A stretch of 64,000 nucleotides of DNA from Paramecium tetraurelia (lineage: Eukaryota): NCBI GenBank assembly GCA_000165425.1, contig CT868660.1:248001-312000 (forward strand). The letters are read 5' to 3'. Below are positions 52,023-64,000 of this stretch, one piece after another. Every line of letters begins with the position of its first letter. Position 1 is the stretch's first letter. A program made the position numbers and the translations under genes. The notes below the pieces were generated by a model. The model saw nothing but the letters and a program-made list of their open reading frames with translations. It was not told where the DNA came from and did not search any database.

Positions 52023-52765
52023 TCACCTTTCTTTTATTCCTTTTCTTTGTACATTTCCAAATATCTTAATTTCCTTTTCTTTTTGGTTTCTTCAATATTA
52101 TGTTTAGCCCTTAGGAATTTATATGCAACGTAAGCCAAATATACACCTATGGACTTAAAATAATAGATATTGTCGTACCCTAAACACAAAATAAATGCCC
52201 ATGATCAAAAACCATATATAATATAAAATATATTGTGATTAGCAAGCATCTTCTGATTGCATTGTATGTAATCCATAGACTTTAATCATCTAACATAATG
52301 TATCAATCAATTGATAACAATCTTTATCAAGAATATTCTTACCTTTAGACTGTGAAATAGATGGGGGCTATTTCTATCAAGACTATAATGATCGTCAATA
52401 TTGTGAACTTAATAATTGATATTATTAATACATATTAAAAGTATTAGTAATTATTGCCTATTCTTATCATACAATTAATTAGAATGGTGATGCAAATTAA
52501 GATGGTGAAAAATATAATGGGCAATGATTACTTGGTAACACTGAACACCACATTAACTAAAATTATTTGCACCACTTCTAAAATCTAAATATTACATTTT
52601 CAATCTTACACACCAATAACTGTTATAAATTCTTGAATAGTTAAGACTTTTATGAACCTTTGGGTTATAAGTAAAGAAAACAAGCAAATTGTTCTTTATG
52701 AAACTAAACAATAGAATTCATTTTTACTTCTTAAATGTTTATTCTTCTTAATCCTTTTAATCCAT
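52023..52765 (-). CDS. Hypothetical multi-pass membrane protein (frame not fully resolved, possibly a pseudogene)
   Basis: MDQKDQEEQTFK start, 3-4 hydrophobic segments, several GT..AG mini-introns; I could not find a clean frame across ~52270-52345. Confidence 0.5.
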
Positions 52766-52901
52766 TTATTAATTAATATAATAAACAAAAACTTTGCATT
52801 ATTAAATCTACACAAATAAACAATCATTATTATTTTAATAACTATTACTTTCCAGTAAATTAAAGATATCATTGAATGATGATTATATAAATTATAAGCA
52901 A

Positions 52902-53300
52902 TCATTCCAAAATGAAATTTGTTATAATCATTGATTTATTTGGATATTGACGGAACTACTAGTTTTTATCTGAATTTATAACCCTCCTTCTAATTGAATT
53001 GCTCGAGGATCGCTTCAGCTAACTTGATAACAGATTCACTGTTTTATACTATTAAATCATTGCTAAATCATTCAGGCTTGTCAAATTAAAACTGCTATCA
53101 ATTTAAGATGCACTATTTCTCTTCAGACTTATTGAACTTATCGGCCTTGAAATAGAAAACTTTCTGGATTTGAGTTATTCCATTGAATGAATGGCTGACC
53201 CTTCATTCTCTCTTCTCCCGATGAATAATTCGCTCTTATTATTAAGATTTTTTCTTCTATTGTTTATTTGCTAATAATAATCATAGTAAAATCTTTTCAT
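52902..53300 (-). CDS. Hypothetical basic Ser-rich protein (132 aa)
   Basis: Intronless ORF MKRFYYDYYQQ..SMIITNFILE*. Confidence 0.6.
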
Positions 53301-54049
53301 TTATATTAAATTTATTGTTCAATAAATGCATTTTCATTAATTTTTAAGTTCAAAATAACAATATTTATTCTCAAGCATTTTCACGTTAATAAATACTAAG
53401 GTCATTTGAAAAAATAAATTATTATTATTAATTATTATCAATTTACACACTAATTATGAGAAATCTACACTAAAATAAACGAGAATGGCAATCAAGCTTT
53501 ACTTTTTTTAACTCCCTACTATAATTTAAATACTCAACTATTTTTATTTCGTCACATCATGTATATAGCACACAGATATGCAAAGATGATTATTTGAACA
53601 AATTAGAAATAAATAAACAATTTTATTTTAATTTGACTCAATAATATAATAAAAATTCTGAACTATTACTACTCTTAATATAAAAATATAATTAATGAAA
53701 TAAGGTCAGTTTTAATATTCTGCAGGTCGAGTTCAGTTAGATTGATGATTAAATGAAAAATAAATGGCTATATATTATATCGTTTTCTATATCATTACAA
53801 AATTTACATAATATTATGATTTAAAAACGGATTATCGTTTTCCTTTAACATGTATAACGACTCATCTTCTAAAATAATATGGTATAACTAATTTCTACAA
53901 ATTCACTTTTTATACTGTATCAATGTAAAATTGATTAAAGCAAGTGATTAAGTACTGATAAATACTTGATAATAACAAAATACATCTCATATTTTGATTA
54001 TTTAAATCTTCTTTTTAATCTAACATCAAAACTAGAGTCTCTAAAACTA

Positions 54050-54751
54050 ATGAACTTTAACCTCCCTTGCTTTATTCCTTCATACCCTATTTAATAAACG
54101 GCCTTTGTTTATGTCCCATTCTTTTAATCTTACCCCTCATTTACCTACTAGGTGCAAGCATAACAACTTTAAACATTTGTACCCCAAATCAAATCCATGC
54201 AATAGCTTCCATAATTAGAATCTCAAGAGCTCAATTAGAGAAGAATAGAATAACCACAATAAAAGGAAACAGAAAATTGTTCTAATTCTTCTGATTTATT
54301 GGCTATAATAAGTGCAAATATCACATAGGATAAGCCAATATAAGAAAAAGTAAAAATATCAAAGCCTACACATCATTTCAATTAGGTTTAATTTGAAAAA
54401 GAATCAAAAAATATCTAAAAGAATTACGCCAAAGCCATTGCTAGCTTTATCTATAAAAATAAATAATTAACTTCTAAAATCCTTAACACTTCAGAAGTTG
54501 ATGAGTTTATTAAATTAGTAAAGCTAATAAAAAACTAAATCTAAAATGTTAGTCATATTTCTTAATATACAAACAAATAGGATTTTATAAGGGCTTTTAG
54601 AATTTTAGGGTAATGAAATATGTAAATATTATTTAGAAATTATTTCTTAAAAACAAAAAGTAATTCCTATATATTCAATTCCAGAATATAAAAAAAGAAT
54701 AGCCATCTTAGACATAAAAAATTAATTCATCATAGTCTGCTAAGATGTTGA
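54050..54751 (+). CDS. Uncharacterised ciliate-family protein, copy 1 (P/Q-rich N-terminus + KNIQKNYAKAI helical domain)
   Basis: One 27-nt intron gives 224 aa; ESKNIQKNYAKAIASFI..QIQNVSHI..AFRILGNYFLK..YIFNSRI. Confidence 0.8.
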
Positions 54752-55785
54752 AATAAAATAAAAATCATAATAATATTCCAAAATATATTTTTGAATTATA
54801 ATTATAACAAATCGAACTCCTACAACAATAATATTAGTGAATGAAGTTCAAAAGAGGATGAAAATTCTAATTTATCTATAAGTTTCATTATCGAAAATAT
54901 TTATATAATTGTAATATTTTTGAAACTGAATATCCATCGCTACACGATGTATCAATTTGATTCAATTTTATTCTAAACCTAAAATTATTATTGCTTTTCA
55001 CTAATATTATTCATATCTCAATTAATTTGCATTTAACAAACAAATGAAATTAAGAAGTTTGTTAATATTTTCGTTTAAGTATCTTGCAAAGTGGCTGTTG
55101 GCTGAGAAAGATAATTAAATAAAATAGAAAACTAAAGAATAGACTACACGCAAATGGTTTTCAATAAGATGCTTTTACAATGACAAAATGTTTTCAAAGT
55201 ATAAACAATAACTTAAAACATAACAATATTATAATTGATATAAATCACTTTACTACGTTAAAATGGTTTCAATTAGAAGAATTAAGATAATAATGAAGTG
55301 ACATTTATTCAGCAGGAAACTAGAATTTATGCTATGAGTTGAATATATTAAGTTATATTGTATATGTTCATCCAACTGAAAACATGTATGAAAATAAATG
55401 TTAGGAGTTATTTGATGATGCTTATAGGTTCATTTATATATAATTTAAAATTTTTGGAGCATTTAGAAAAAAAGAAGTCCCTTAGTAAGTTATTGTTAAA
55501 TTTAGTTCTTAATAAAACAGAAAATCTAGTAATCGAAATTAAATTCAGTGAAATTAAAATCGTGATAACTAATTCAAACCTACCCTACTTTTATTCAAAA
55601 AATCAATATAAACCACTTTTTCTTGGTATTTTTGAAAAATAATACCAAATAACTCCGTTTTTGGGGATTTTAATTAAAATTAAAAAAAAATTTCCAAATA
55701 ATAATTGCAATAATAAAGCGAATAAACCGAAATAATATGTTTATAAATTAACATATTAGTTGATGTTATTATTTATTAAAATCTA

Positions 55786-56415
55786 ATGTGGAATCAATAA
55801 TTCCAGCCAGCTTATAATCTATATGCATAACCTTAATAACCTTTATATTATCCTATATACTTCATTCCTGTAATAAATGGGAATTAGGGATATCCCGATG
55901 GAAATTTATGCAATTCTTTAACAACCTAACTAACCTAATAACCTCCTTAAATTGCTTCACAAGATGTACCTTTTTAACCTTCTTGTTCACTTTATAACAA
56001 TAAATAAACTTAAGAATCTCTAGAAAGTGTTGATTCGATAGTTGTAAACAAAAAAACCAAAAATTCTTCTCAATCAAAAAATCTTTCATAAAAGTCTACA
56101 AATATTTAAAAAAATTATGCTAAAGCTATTGTATAATACGTATTAAGACAAAGGGTAGAAATACTCAAGTATTTGGGAGAAAAACAAGGCATTGAATTTT
56201 TAAAATTACTCACTTAATTAAAAAATAACATTAAAAATGTTAAACATTTAATTAGGTATACCAATGATGAAAAACAATTAAAATTATTTAGAATCTTATC
56301 AAATAGATTTCTTAAGAAAGAAGCGATAGGATATGCTTACAATTCGAATATTAAATCGGCAAGTTAACACATCTAGTATAGACATCTAATTTAACTTAAT
56401 TTATAGAAATTTTGA
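55786..56415 (+). CDS. Uncharacterised ciliate-family protein, copy 2 (paralogue of 54050-54751)
   Basis: 209 aa, intronless; KSTNIQKNYAKAIVQYV..NIKNVKHL..LFRILSNRFLKK..YAYNSNI. Confidence 0.82.
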
Positions 56416-57972
56416 GTTAAATTTACAACACAACCTTGATTCTTATCAATCATATATATATATAATATCTAATTTACAAATCTAATCACAAACTTTAAAT
56501 CCATACAGGCTTTAATCTATTTGTTGTGTTTTTAGTATTTTACAATAATCAATTTTCGTTTTTGTTTCAACTTTTATTAGATTAGTTCATACCAATACTC
56601 AAATAGTATTAATAACTATTATTTTGAATATTGCCTATAATTTTCTAATATTGATGGGTCAAATTTTTCTTATTCATTGAGACATAAATATTTGACATTA
56701 TCACTACAAAGTTCTAATACCACAACCATTTATGCTATTATCAAATAATCAAGAACATTTAATAATCACAATATAAATAATTAAATATATATTACAAAAC
56801 TATGAAGATATTTCTTTTTAATACTAATAATTAGAAATAAATTTTTTATTATTAAAAAATATTAATTCTTATCATAATTTATTAACTTCTCAATAAATTA
56901 TTTATTATTTATTTTCTTTTTATTATAGTAATCACGATCTTATGTTTATTAATTTATAATCTAAACTTTAAAATTGAATTGGAACTTCAATTACAACATA
57001 AATGAACCTTTACTACTAGTTTATTTAAATTTAGTTAATTAACAATGCATTTACAATTAAATTACAGTTTTTGTATAATTAATAACAATATTGGACCTTC
57101 TATTATTTAAGTGAAATCTCAACTATCCTAAGATTTACAAAACTGTAACTAAGTAGGTTTAAGGCTTTATCTAGTGATATAAACTATAACCTCTCTAGCT
57201 AAGTATTAAAATATAATTGGACTTATTTCATTCTAAACTTTAATGTTCATATCAAAGAAAAGTTGAAAGTTAAAGTTATTTTATTGATAGACTTTGTATA
57301 TATATAAGATAATATAAATAAATGAATATTAATAGATTAATCGATTAATATATTAATTACATGAACTACAAGCAAAAAATTATGTTGAGTATTAAATATG
57401 TGATTTTCTCATCTTATGATTATTTTGTATTTCATTTATTTTCTATAGTAAACTTAGTTTGAACATCTTAATTATATTAATTGATTTTAGAAAGGCTAAG
57501 CTAAATAATATATATTTTAAATCAGGAATTTCTTGTTTTATACTATTCTTCAAATTTATAATAAGTTTAACACTTGAGAGTTCTAAAGCACTGAATTTTT
57601 CAGTATTATTCATTAATTAATTTTTAATTACTAAGCACTTCTGACCAAATTTCCACTTATTATAAAGGATAGGGGAGTCACAATGTATGTGGAATAACAT
57701 TGAAAATCATTCTCTAGATCTTTCATTTATCCAATTAAAAGAGAAAAATAGTTTCTCACCTATTCTTTGATTATTATTTCTTTTTTTTTAATTAAGTTTA
57801 TTTTTCATTCAAAAATGTATTACAGAGGTAAAAATAATAATTTTTGAAATAATTAAGCACGAGTAAAGGGAACCAAATTAGGGATCCTCTGACTAGTCAT
57901 CTAAGCAAATTGACTTTATGCGCAATTCAAAATTGAAAAAATAAAATCATTAATATTAAATATTTTAGTCAT

Positions 57973-58965
57973 TCATAATTTTCTAAATCCACATCTCTTT
58001 TAATACTCAACCTCATCTGTGTCTTCGTTGCTATTTACTGACTTCCTATTGAAATAATCTAAGCTATTTTCTTCTATCTGCTTCATATTTACCCACCTCT
58101 GGTCAACTTCATAAAAATAATAAAGGTATTCTGTGTAAGAGTTGTCATCCTCGTTGAATAAATAAAAGTTTTTGGATTTCATAAGAACAGGAAACCTTTG
58201 CCCTTAATAATTCACGAGTATCAATTGTCCAAACATCATGGCAGCATTGCATTTAAAAATTTGAGCTACAGTTTGACTCCATCTAGAATTCCCGTCTCCA
58301 GCAAAGGATTAAGGGAGCATTCCTGTCTAAAATACATAATCCTTAATTATTTCTTCATTGACTCCTATCATTTAGAGATAGGCATCATTCATGACCCTAG
58401 CTGATGTAGCAATGATTCCATTTTTATTTTGTTAGATGTATAATGTAAATGGGCCTTAGATGGTGTGTTCAAACTCAATAAGTTTTGCTTCAGTTACGAT
58501 GTTGTATTTAGAGATGTCAGTATTTTTTTAATGAAATTATTCAAAGCCCTCAAACAAATCGGCTTCCTCCTTTATCAAAGCTTCCTTAATTATTTCAAAA
58601 GATGTGTATGGTCTTTGAATTGGTTCTAAATTAAAAATATGATAGCTATTGTATTTGTCGTACCTAGCTACTTTGTAATTATAAGAATGGGGATCAATGT
58701 TCAAAAATCCTAACTAATATTGAGATTCAACAATCTTAGGGAATTATATATTAGAATTCAATCTGAAGATGATATTTTGAGGAATGCATTGAGGTATATT
58801 TTAATTTATAACTATAATTTCTTTAAGTTAAGTAACATCTATGTTACTGCCAAACTTAAATTCTACAGTGTATTGATTTTTACGCTTTTTCTTATAAATT
58901 TACTTAGATAAAGCCACATTTTTTTCTTAATTTATTGTTTTCTATACATTCATAAAAGAAGACAT
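57973..58965 (-). CDS. Hypothetical protein with PAS-like segment (start uncertain)
   Basis: About 330-codon open frame incl. RVMNDAYLQMIGVNEE..LVNYQGQRFPV; ends KRCGFRKL*; no clean in-frame ATG found at the 5' end. Confidence 0.6.
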
Positions 58966-59345
58966 CCCTGTATTATAAAAGTTATAATAATTATTTGTTT
59001 TTTAAAAGAAGAATAAATCTTTATAAATATGCATCAAATATGTAATTAATTACAGCAAAAATTTAAATTATTTCAAAATAATTAATAAGTTATCTTAATA
59101 CATTATGTAATGAAAGATCAATTTCTTAGTAATTAACTGTTGTCTCAATTAAAGCTAATCAATGTAAACTCACAGATGTAATATTTAAAATTTAAGCTAT
59201 TTAAATTTATCAATTTTAGAAATTTAAATAGCTTTTCTTTACAGAAAAGGAAGTATCAAGTATCTTAAGAATATGTGGTAATTCTAAAATATACGAATAT
59301 ATATTTATTGATGTATAAATGTAAACAATAATTATTTCATTCTTA

Positions 59346-61046
59346 TCATTATTGTGCTCCACCAGCTTGTTTGCCAGCTCTCATAATCTAAAATAATTAT
59401 ATCTAAGTTTACTTCATCAACTAACAATAATTATTAAGCTAATGTGGGTGCAATGTTCAGCCATGATCTTTTGGAACAATAATTATCAAAAATGCCATTG
59501 GCAATTGGAGCAATGAATCCTTATTCATTAACACTCACTCCAACTGGAATGTTATTTTTGATAAATTCGTCTGTAACTTAAATTAGTGTTTCTTAAACAT
59601 CATATCCACAATTTTCTGCTAAAGCTTTTGGAATAACTAATAATGACTCAGCAAATGCTTAGACTCCCAATTTAGCCTTTCCAGCAACAGAATCCTTAAA
59701 CTTTTAAAGATGAACACTGGTAGCAATCTCAAAAGCACCAGCTCCAGGAATAACACATTTATCTTCAACAGCATTTTTAACAGCTCTTAATCCATCTCTA
59801 ATAGCATCCTTGATTTAGGCAATAGTATGTTCATTTGGTCCTCTAATTAAAATTGTGCATGAAGTTGGATTTTATACTCCTTCAATAAAGGTATACTTCT
59901 CTTCTCCTAAGGTATATTCTCTTAACTAATTATAAAATAATATGATTACCACTTCACAATATCCAAGATCACTTTCTGACATATCTTCAACTGCATTGAC
60001 TGAATTACCACCACAGGCCTTTGCAATTCTTTCCATATTTCTCTTTTTTGCTCTTCTGATACCAACAATGCCTTCTTTGGCAAACATCTCTAAACAGACT
60101 GGATCAATTCCTTTTTAATTGATAACTGCAAATCCATAGCCATTCTTCTCACAAACCTTTCTCTTGAAATCAATAATTTATTGACATTTGTCATCTGTCA
60201 ATCTTCTTTCAGATCTAGCTAATTTCTCTCTGTCTTCAGCTGTGTTATAAAAGAATCCACTGTGAACCTATTTATGTATATATATAAATTACCTCAGTCT
60301 TCTCGTATTCCAATGAGACATTCAAATTTAAGATGTAGCATTTCTTAACAAATTTAGGCATGTCTGGATGTCTTGCACCATGGTCTAACACTAATCCTCT
60401 AATCAATTCTGTTTCTGCTCCCATCTTATGTTACATATGCATAATCTCAACCATAAATAAATCTATTGGCTTTTCAGGCACTTACACAATTTAAACTGCA
60501 TCGACAACTATCTCGATAATTCTAAATATTTTCTTAATATAGTATATACTAATTTGCAACATCGGGTGTCAATTTGCTATTTAATGAAGTTCTGGCCACA
60601 TTTATTAACACAGCTTTATCTATTTATTAGTATTTAAAGGTATCTAAAAATGATAGGGCCTCCTTTCTTGCAAGCTCAAAACCTTCTGTAATTACTCTTG
60701 GATGAATTCCCTCAGCCAATAATCTTTCGGCTTATTTCATTAATGCGCCAATCAATAAAACATTGCTGGTTGTACCATCACCAATTATATCATCCTAAGC
60801 TGTTGCACTTCTAGCTATCATAGCTGCTGTTGGATGCTATATCTACATCTCTGATAATAGAACAGCGCCATCCTTCGTAAGTTTTATTTATCCAGCACCT
60901 CCCACAAGCATTTTTAAGGTACCCTTTGGTCCTAAATTTGATTTCATGACCTCCATCAAACCAGCTGCTGCATTTATATTCATTGCTAATGCTTAATATT
61001 TACGAAGCACTTCAGCTTTAGAATTGACAAATTAGACACTACTCAT
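59346..61046 (-). CDS. CCT6: Chaperonin CCT/TRiC subunit zeta
   Basis: [58 protein letters not shown]. Confidence 0.97.
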
Positions 61047-61604
61047 TTTTTAATTAAAAAAGAAATTTAATTTTTATTTTTAAGATTTGTAATATGAAAT
61101 CATTTATCTCAGCACTATTTGCCATTCTTAAATCTTCAAATATTTTATTTTCTTTTACTAATTTAAGATTTCTCAATTTAATTATTTATTTCTTAATTAA
61201 TTTTCAATATCTCATTTAAGAAATTTGGATAAACATATCCTTTCATCTATTTCAACATAAGTTTTATGTTCTAAATTTCATAAAAACAGAATTATAGTCT
61301 TCAATTTTTAATTTTATAATTCATCTATGATGCTTAATCCTTCAATATGATTTTCTTACATAGTTGCTAGTTTCTAAATATTAAAGCAATCAGTTCATTT
61401 CTAAATTCATTAGTATTAATATATAATTTAGTCTGAATCCCTAATAATTGCATCTATTTAATTTTTATTCTTTTTGATTACTCTTAAAATATTTTATATT
61501 TACTCTTTTTATCTCTTATCATGCTTAGAAGAGAATATGCTTTATTAACATATATTTACTTCTCTTTTTATTTATAGATATATATTATACTTATTAATTA
61601 AATT

Positions 61605-62448
61605 ATGATATAAAAGTTTGCATAATTAGCATAAAGAAAATCTATTCAAAGATTCTCTAACATCTTTGTTGCACATAGAAATAGAGATGACAATAGTGAT
61701 TCAGTACCATTTGATTTCACAGATGAGAATTACAAAAAAATTGAAGCAATTTTGGCAAAATTTCCATCAAATGAGAAAAAATCAGGTACCATACCTTTAC
61801 TTATGCTTGCATAAAAATAGAATAATAACTTTTTGAGTTTATCAGCAATGAAGAAGGTTTAATAAGATTCTAACATAATAGATTGCTAAAATTTTAGAGA
61901 TCCCTGAAATGGATGTCTATGAAACAGCATCATTTTATTCTATGTTTAATAGAGAAAGAGTTGGAAAATTTCATCTTTAAGTTTGTGGAACTACTCCATG
62001 TTAACTATGCGGATCTAAAGATATAATTAAAACAATTGAGTAAAAGCTGAACATTAAAAATGGAGAGACAACTGCTGATGGGTTGTATACACTTCAAGAA
62101 GTTGAATGTTTAGGAGCATGTGCAAATGCACCAATGATGCAAGTTAATAACGAATGGGTATATGAAGATTTAACACCTGAAAACACTGTATATTATATTA
62201 TAAATAATTTATAGTTAAAGCTATTAGAAGACCTCAAAAATGGAACAGATAAAAAGGGACCCTAAAATGGAAGAAAAAATGCTGAAGGCCCTTAGGGAAG
62301 AACAACTTTATAAAATATAGCAACTCAATAAGATATCAAATATGATAGAAATTTCGAAGCAGCCAAAAAAGAATGGTTAGATCAAAAAGAGAAGGAGAGA
62401 CTTGAGGCTGAAAAGAAGAAGTAAGCAGCTCAATAAGCAAAAAAATGA
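61605..62448 (+). CDS. NDUFV2: NADH dehydrogenase 24-kDa subunit (2Fe-2S)
   Basis: [54 protein letters not shown]; two introns. Confidence 0.97.
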
Positions 62449-62826
62449 TGTTCAATTATTATAAACATAATAGAAGAAGAAAATTATTATATTTTAGTTT
62501 TCTTATTTACTAAGAAGCATTTTTTCAATAACTATTACCCATAAATTAATAAATTAAATCATCCAATTTGAATCACTTAAAAATAGTTTTTTTATATTTT
62601 AAGAAAATATGACATTGATTAAAAGTTTAAGTATTAATAAATTATTTAAGCAAAGCCATAATATTTAAATCTGGTTCAATTATTCAATTGTATTGAATTT
62701 AATTTTATATCAAGCTTATTTCTAATTGTAAAGACTGGGTTATAATTTAGCATCATCCATCATTTGCATAATTATTTTGGTTGTTATTATATAAACTCAT
62801 TTAATATAAAAAAATTAAAAAACGGC

Positions 62827-64000
62827 ATGAAGAGCCTTTTATTATTGCTATTTGTTGGTGTCTTGTGTCAGAATGAAGTTGATACAGTAGAAAAATTGTT
62901 GGCTGACTTAAAGGGAGCATCAGCTGTTGAACTTACAGCACTCAATACAGATTACACTGTTTCCAAAAATGTATTGAATGTAATAGAACTTTTAGCTGAA
63001 AGAGAATATCATTTTTAATTTGGGCAAAGCCATTTAAGAATAAAACTTTTTATGCGCTAGTCGAGATAAATCAGTTTCTGATAGAGAATCTGACATTGAT
63101 AAAACAAATAAATTCATCGCTTATTTACAAAGGAGACTTGTTGATAATGCAAAAAGAGTAGAAACCCTCGACAATAACAGGTAGTTGATACAAATATAAA
63201 TTAGATGCACTCATTCAACCAACTATATTGAGAGAGTTAAAAATGATAATATGACATTGAGACTTATAATATTTTTGAGAAATTCCTTATAAAACTTAGA
63301 CAACAATTAATTAAACAGATATGGAGCATACGTCGAGAAATTCTTAACAATGTATAAATCTGCAAAAATGTCAGAACTTGTAGAATTAGCTCATGAGTTT
63401 GCTGATACAATGTTCATAGATTGGACTTAAGTGACCCCATCCTCCCAAGGAAATATCAACACAGTTAAAGGATAATTGATTGAAATGCTTGATGATATGG
63501 AGAGGTACATTAGAGAATAAATTAAAAATTCTTAAAATTTAGAAATCACAACTGGAGTCACATTGGCTGACTTTAAGGGAGCAATTGATATTGAGAACGA
63601 ATAGATCAATTACGACCTTGCATCTGAAGAGAAAAATATCATTAAACTCTAAGAACAATTAGTCTAGGCTAGATTAGCTGCAGTAAATTGCAGAGAAAGA
63701 GGAGTTGCTATACAACAATAATAATAAAGAGCAATTGAAGTATCTCTAAAATAAAATATGGATAGGACTTAAAAATAGAAGAGACCTAATATAATAAAAA
63801 TAAAGCTAGATTACAAGAAGAACTTAACTTATTCACTGATGTATACAGAATCTATTCTACCTAAGTTGGAACATCTGAAGACAAATTTAAATAAAGAGTT
63901 GATGACTATGTAAATGACAAAGTAATATACTTAGTTTTATTTTAGTAAGTACAATCCTATGAGAGATCAGAATACTCATTAAGCGATGCAGTAAGGAAAT
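62827..64000 (+). CDS. Secreted coiled-coil protein, trichocyst-matrix/granule-protein-like (runs off window)
   Basis: Signal peptide MKSLLLLLFVGVLC; acidic heptad-rich helices with sparse Cys; multiple tiny introns. Confidence 0.65.

Noticed and set aside
54067..54285. Hydrophobic 72-aa ORF in the track
   Set aside because: Alternative frame of the 54050-54751 gene, which is supported by its paralogue
7618..61046. CCT7 and CCT6, and TFIIS, SPT4 and Tudor-SN, in the same window as a functional cluster
   Set aside because: They are separated by many unrelated genes; compatible with chance in a gene-dense genome
1..64000. Retained IESs or germline (micronuclear) DNA
   Set aside because: All well-conserved genes are continuous after removing GT..AG introns; I saw no TA-bounded insertions interrupting them, so this looks macronuclear
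1..64000. Transposons, telomeric repeats, rRNA, tRNA, CRISPR arrays
   Set aside because: No transposase/RT motifs, G3T3/G4T2 tracts, cloverleafs or repeat-spacer arrays recognised by eye; small snoRNAs could have been missed

Overview
Very AT-rich, gene-dense ciliate macronuclear DNA, almost certainly Paramecium (aurelia-type). The evidence is that genes read through TAA/TAG as Gln and stop only at TGA (genetic code 6), carry 20-30 nt GT..AG introns, and have tiny intergenic spacers. The supplied ORF track assumes TAA/TAG stops and no splicing, so it is mostly fragments or spurious. By hand translation I find about 40 protein genes. Clear housekeeping genes include cyclin B, UNC119, CCT7, CCT6, SLU7, an SR protein, a monothiol glutaredoxin, TFIIS, an UNC93-like MFS transporter, TIP41, RPS9, SPT4, a DHHC palmitoyltransferase, MPDU1, SURF1, Tudor-SN and NDUFV2. 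There is also a frameshifted PEX10 pseudogene, several decayed gene remnants and a 150-N assembly gap. I saw no transposon, telomeric repeat, rRNA, tRNA, CRISPR array or retained IES. I cannot support a wholly new multi-gene system. The best leads are: a longin + muniscin-type mu-homology protein (TSET TCUP/TML-like) whose start overlaps the stop of a tiny TPX2-motif gene (ATGA); a SUMO-protease domain split by a long Q/N insert; several apparent pseudo-enzymes; an intronless vWA/RGG protein; and a pair of uncharacterised paralogues with unusually long flanks. All homology calls come from motif recognition, not database searches.
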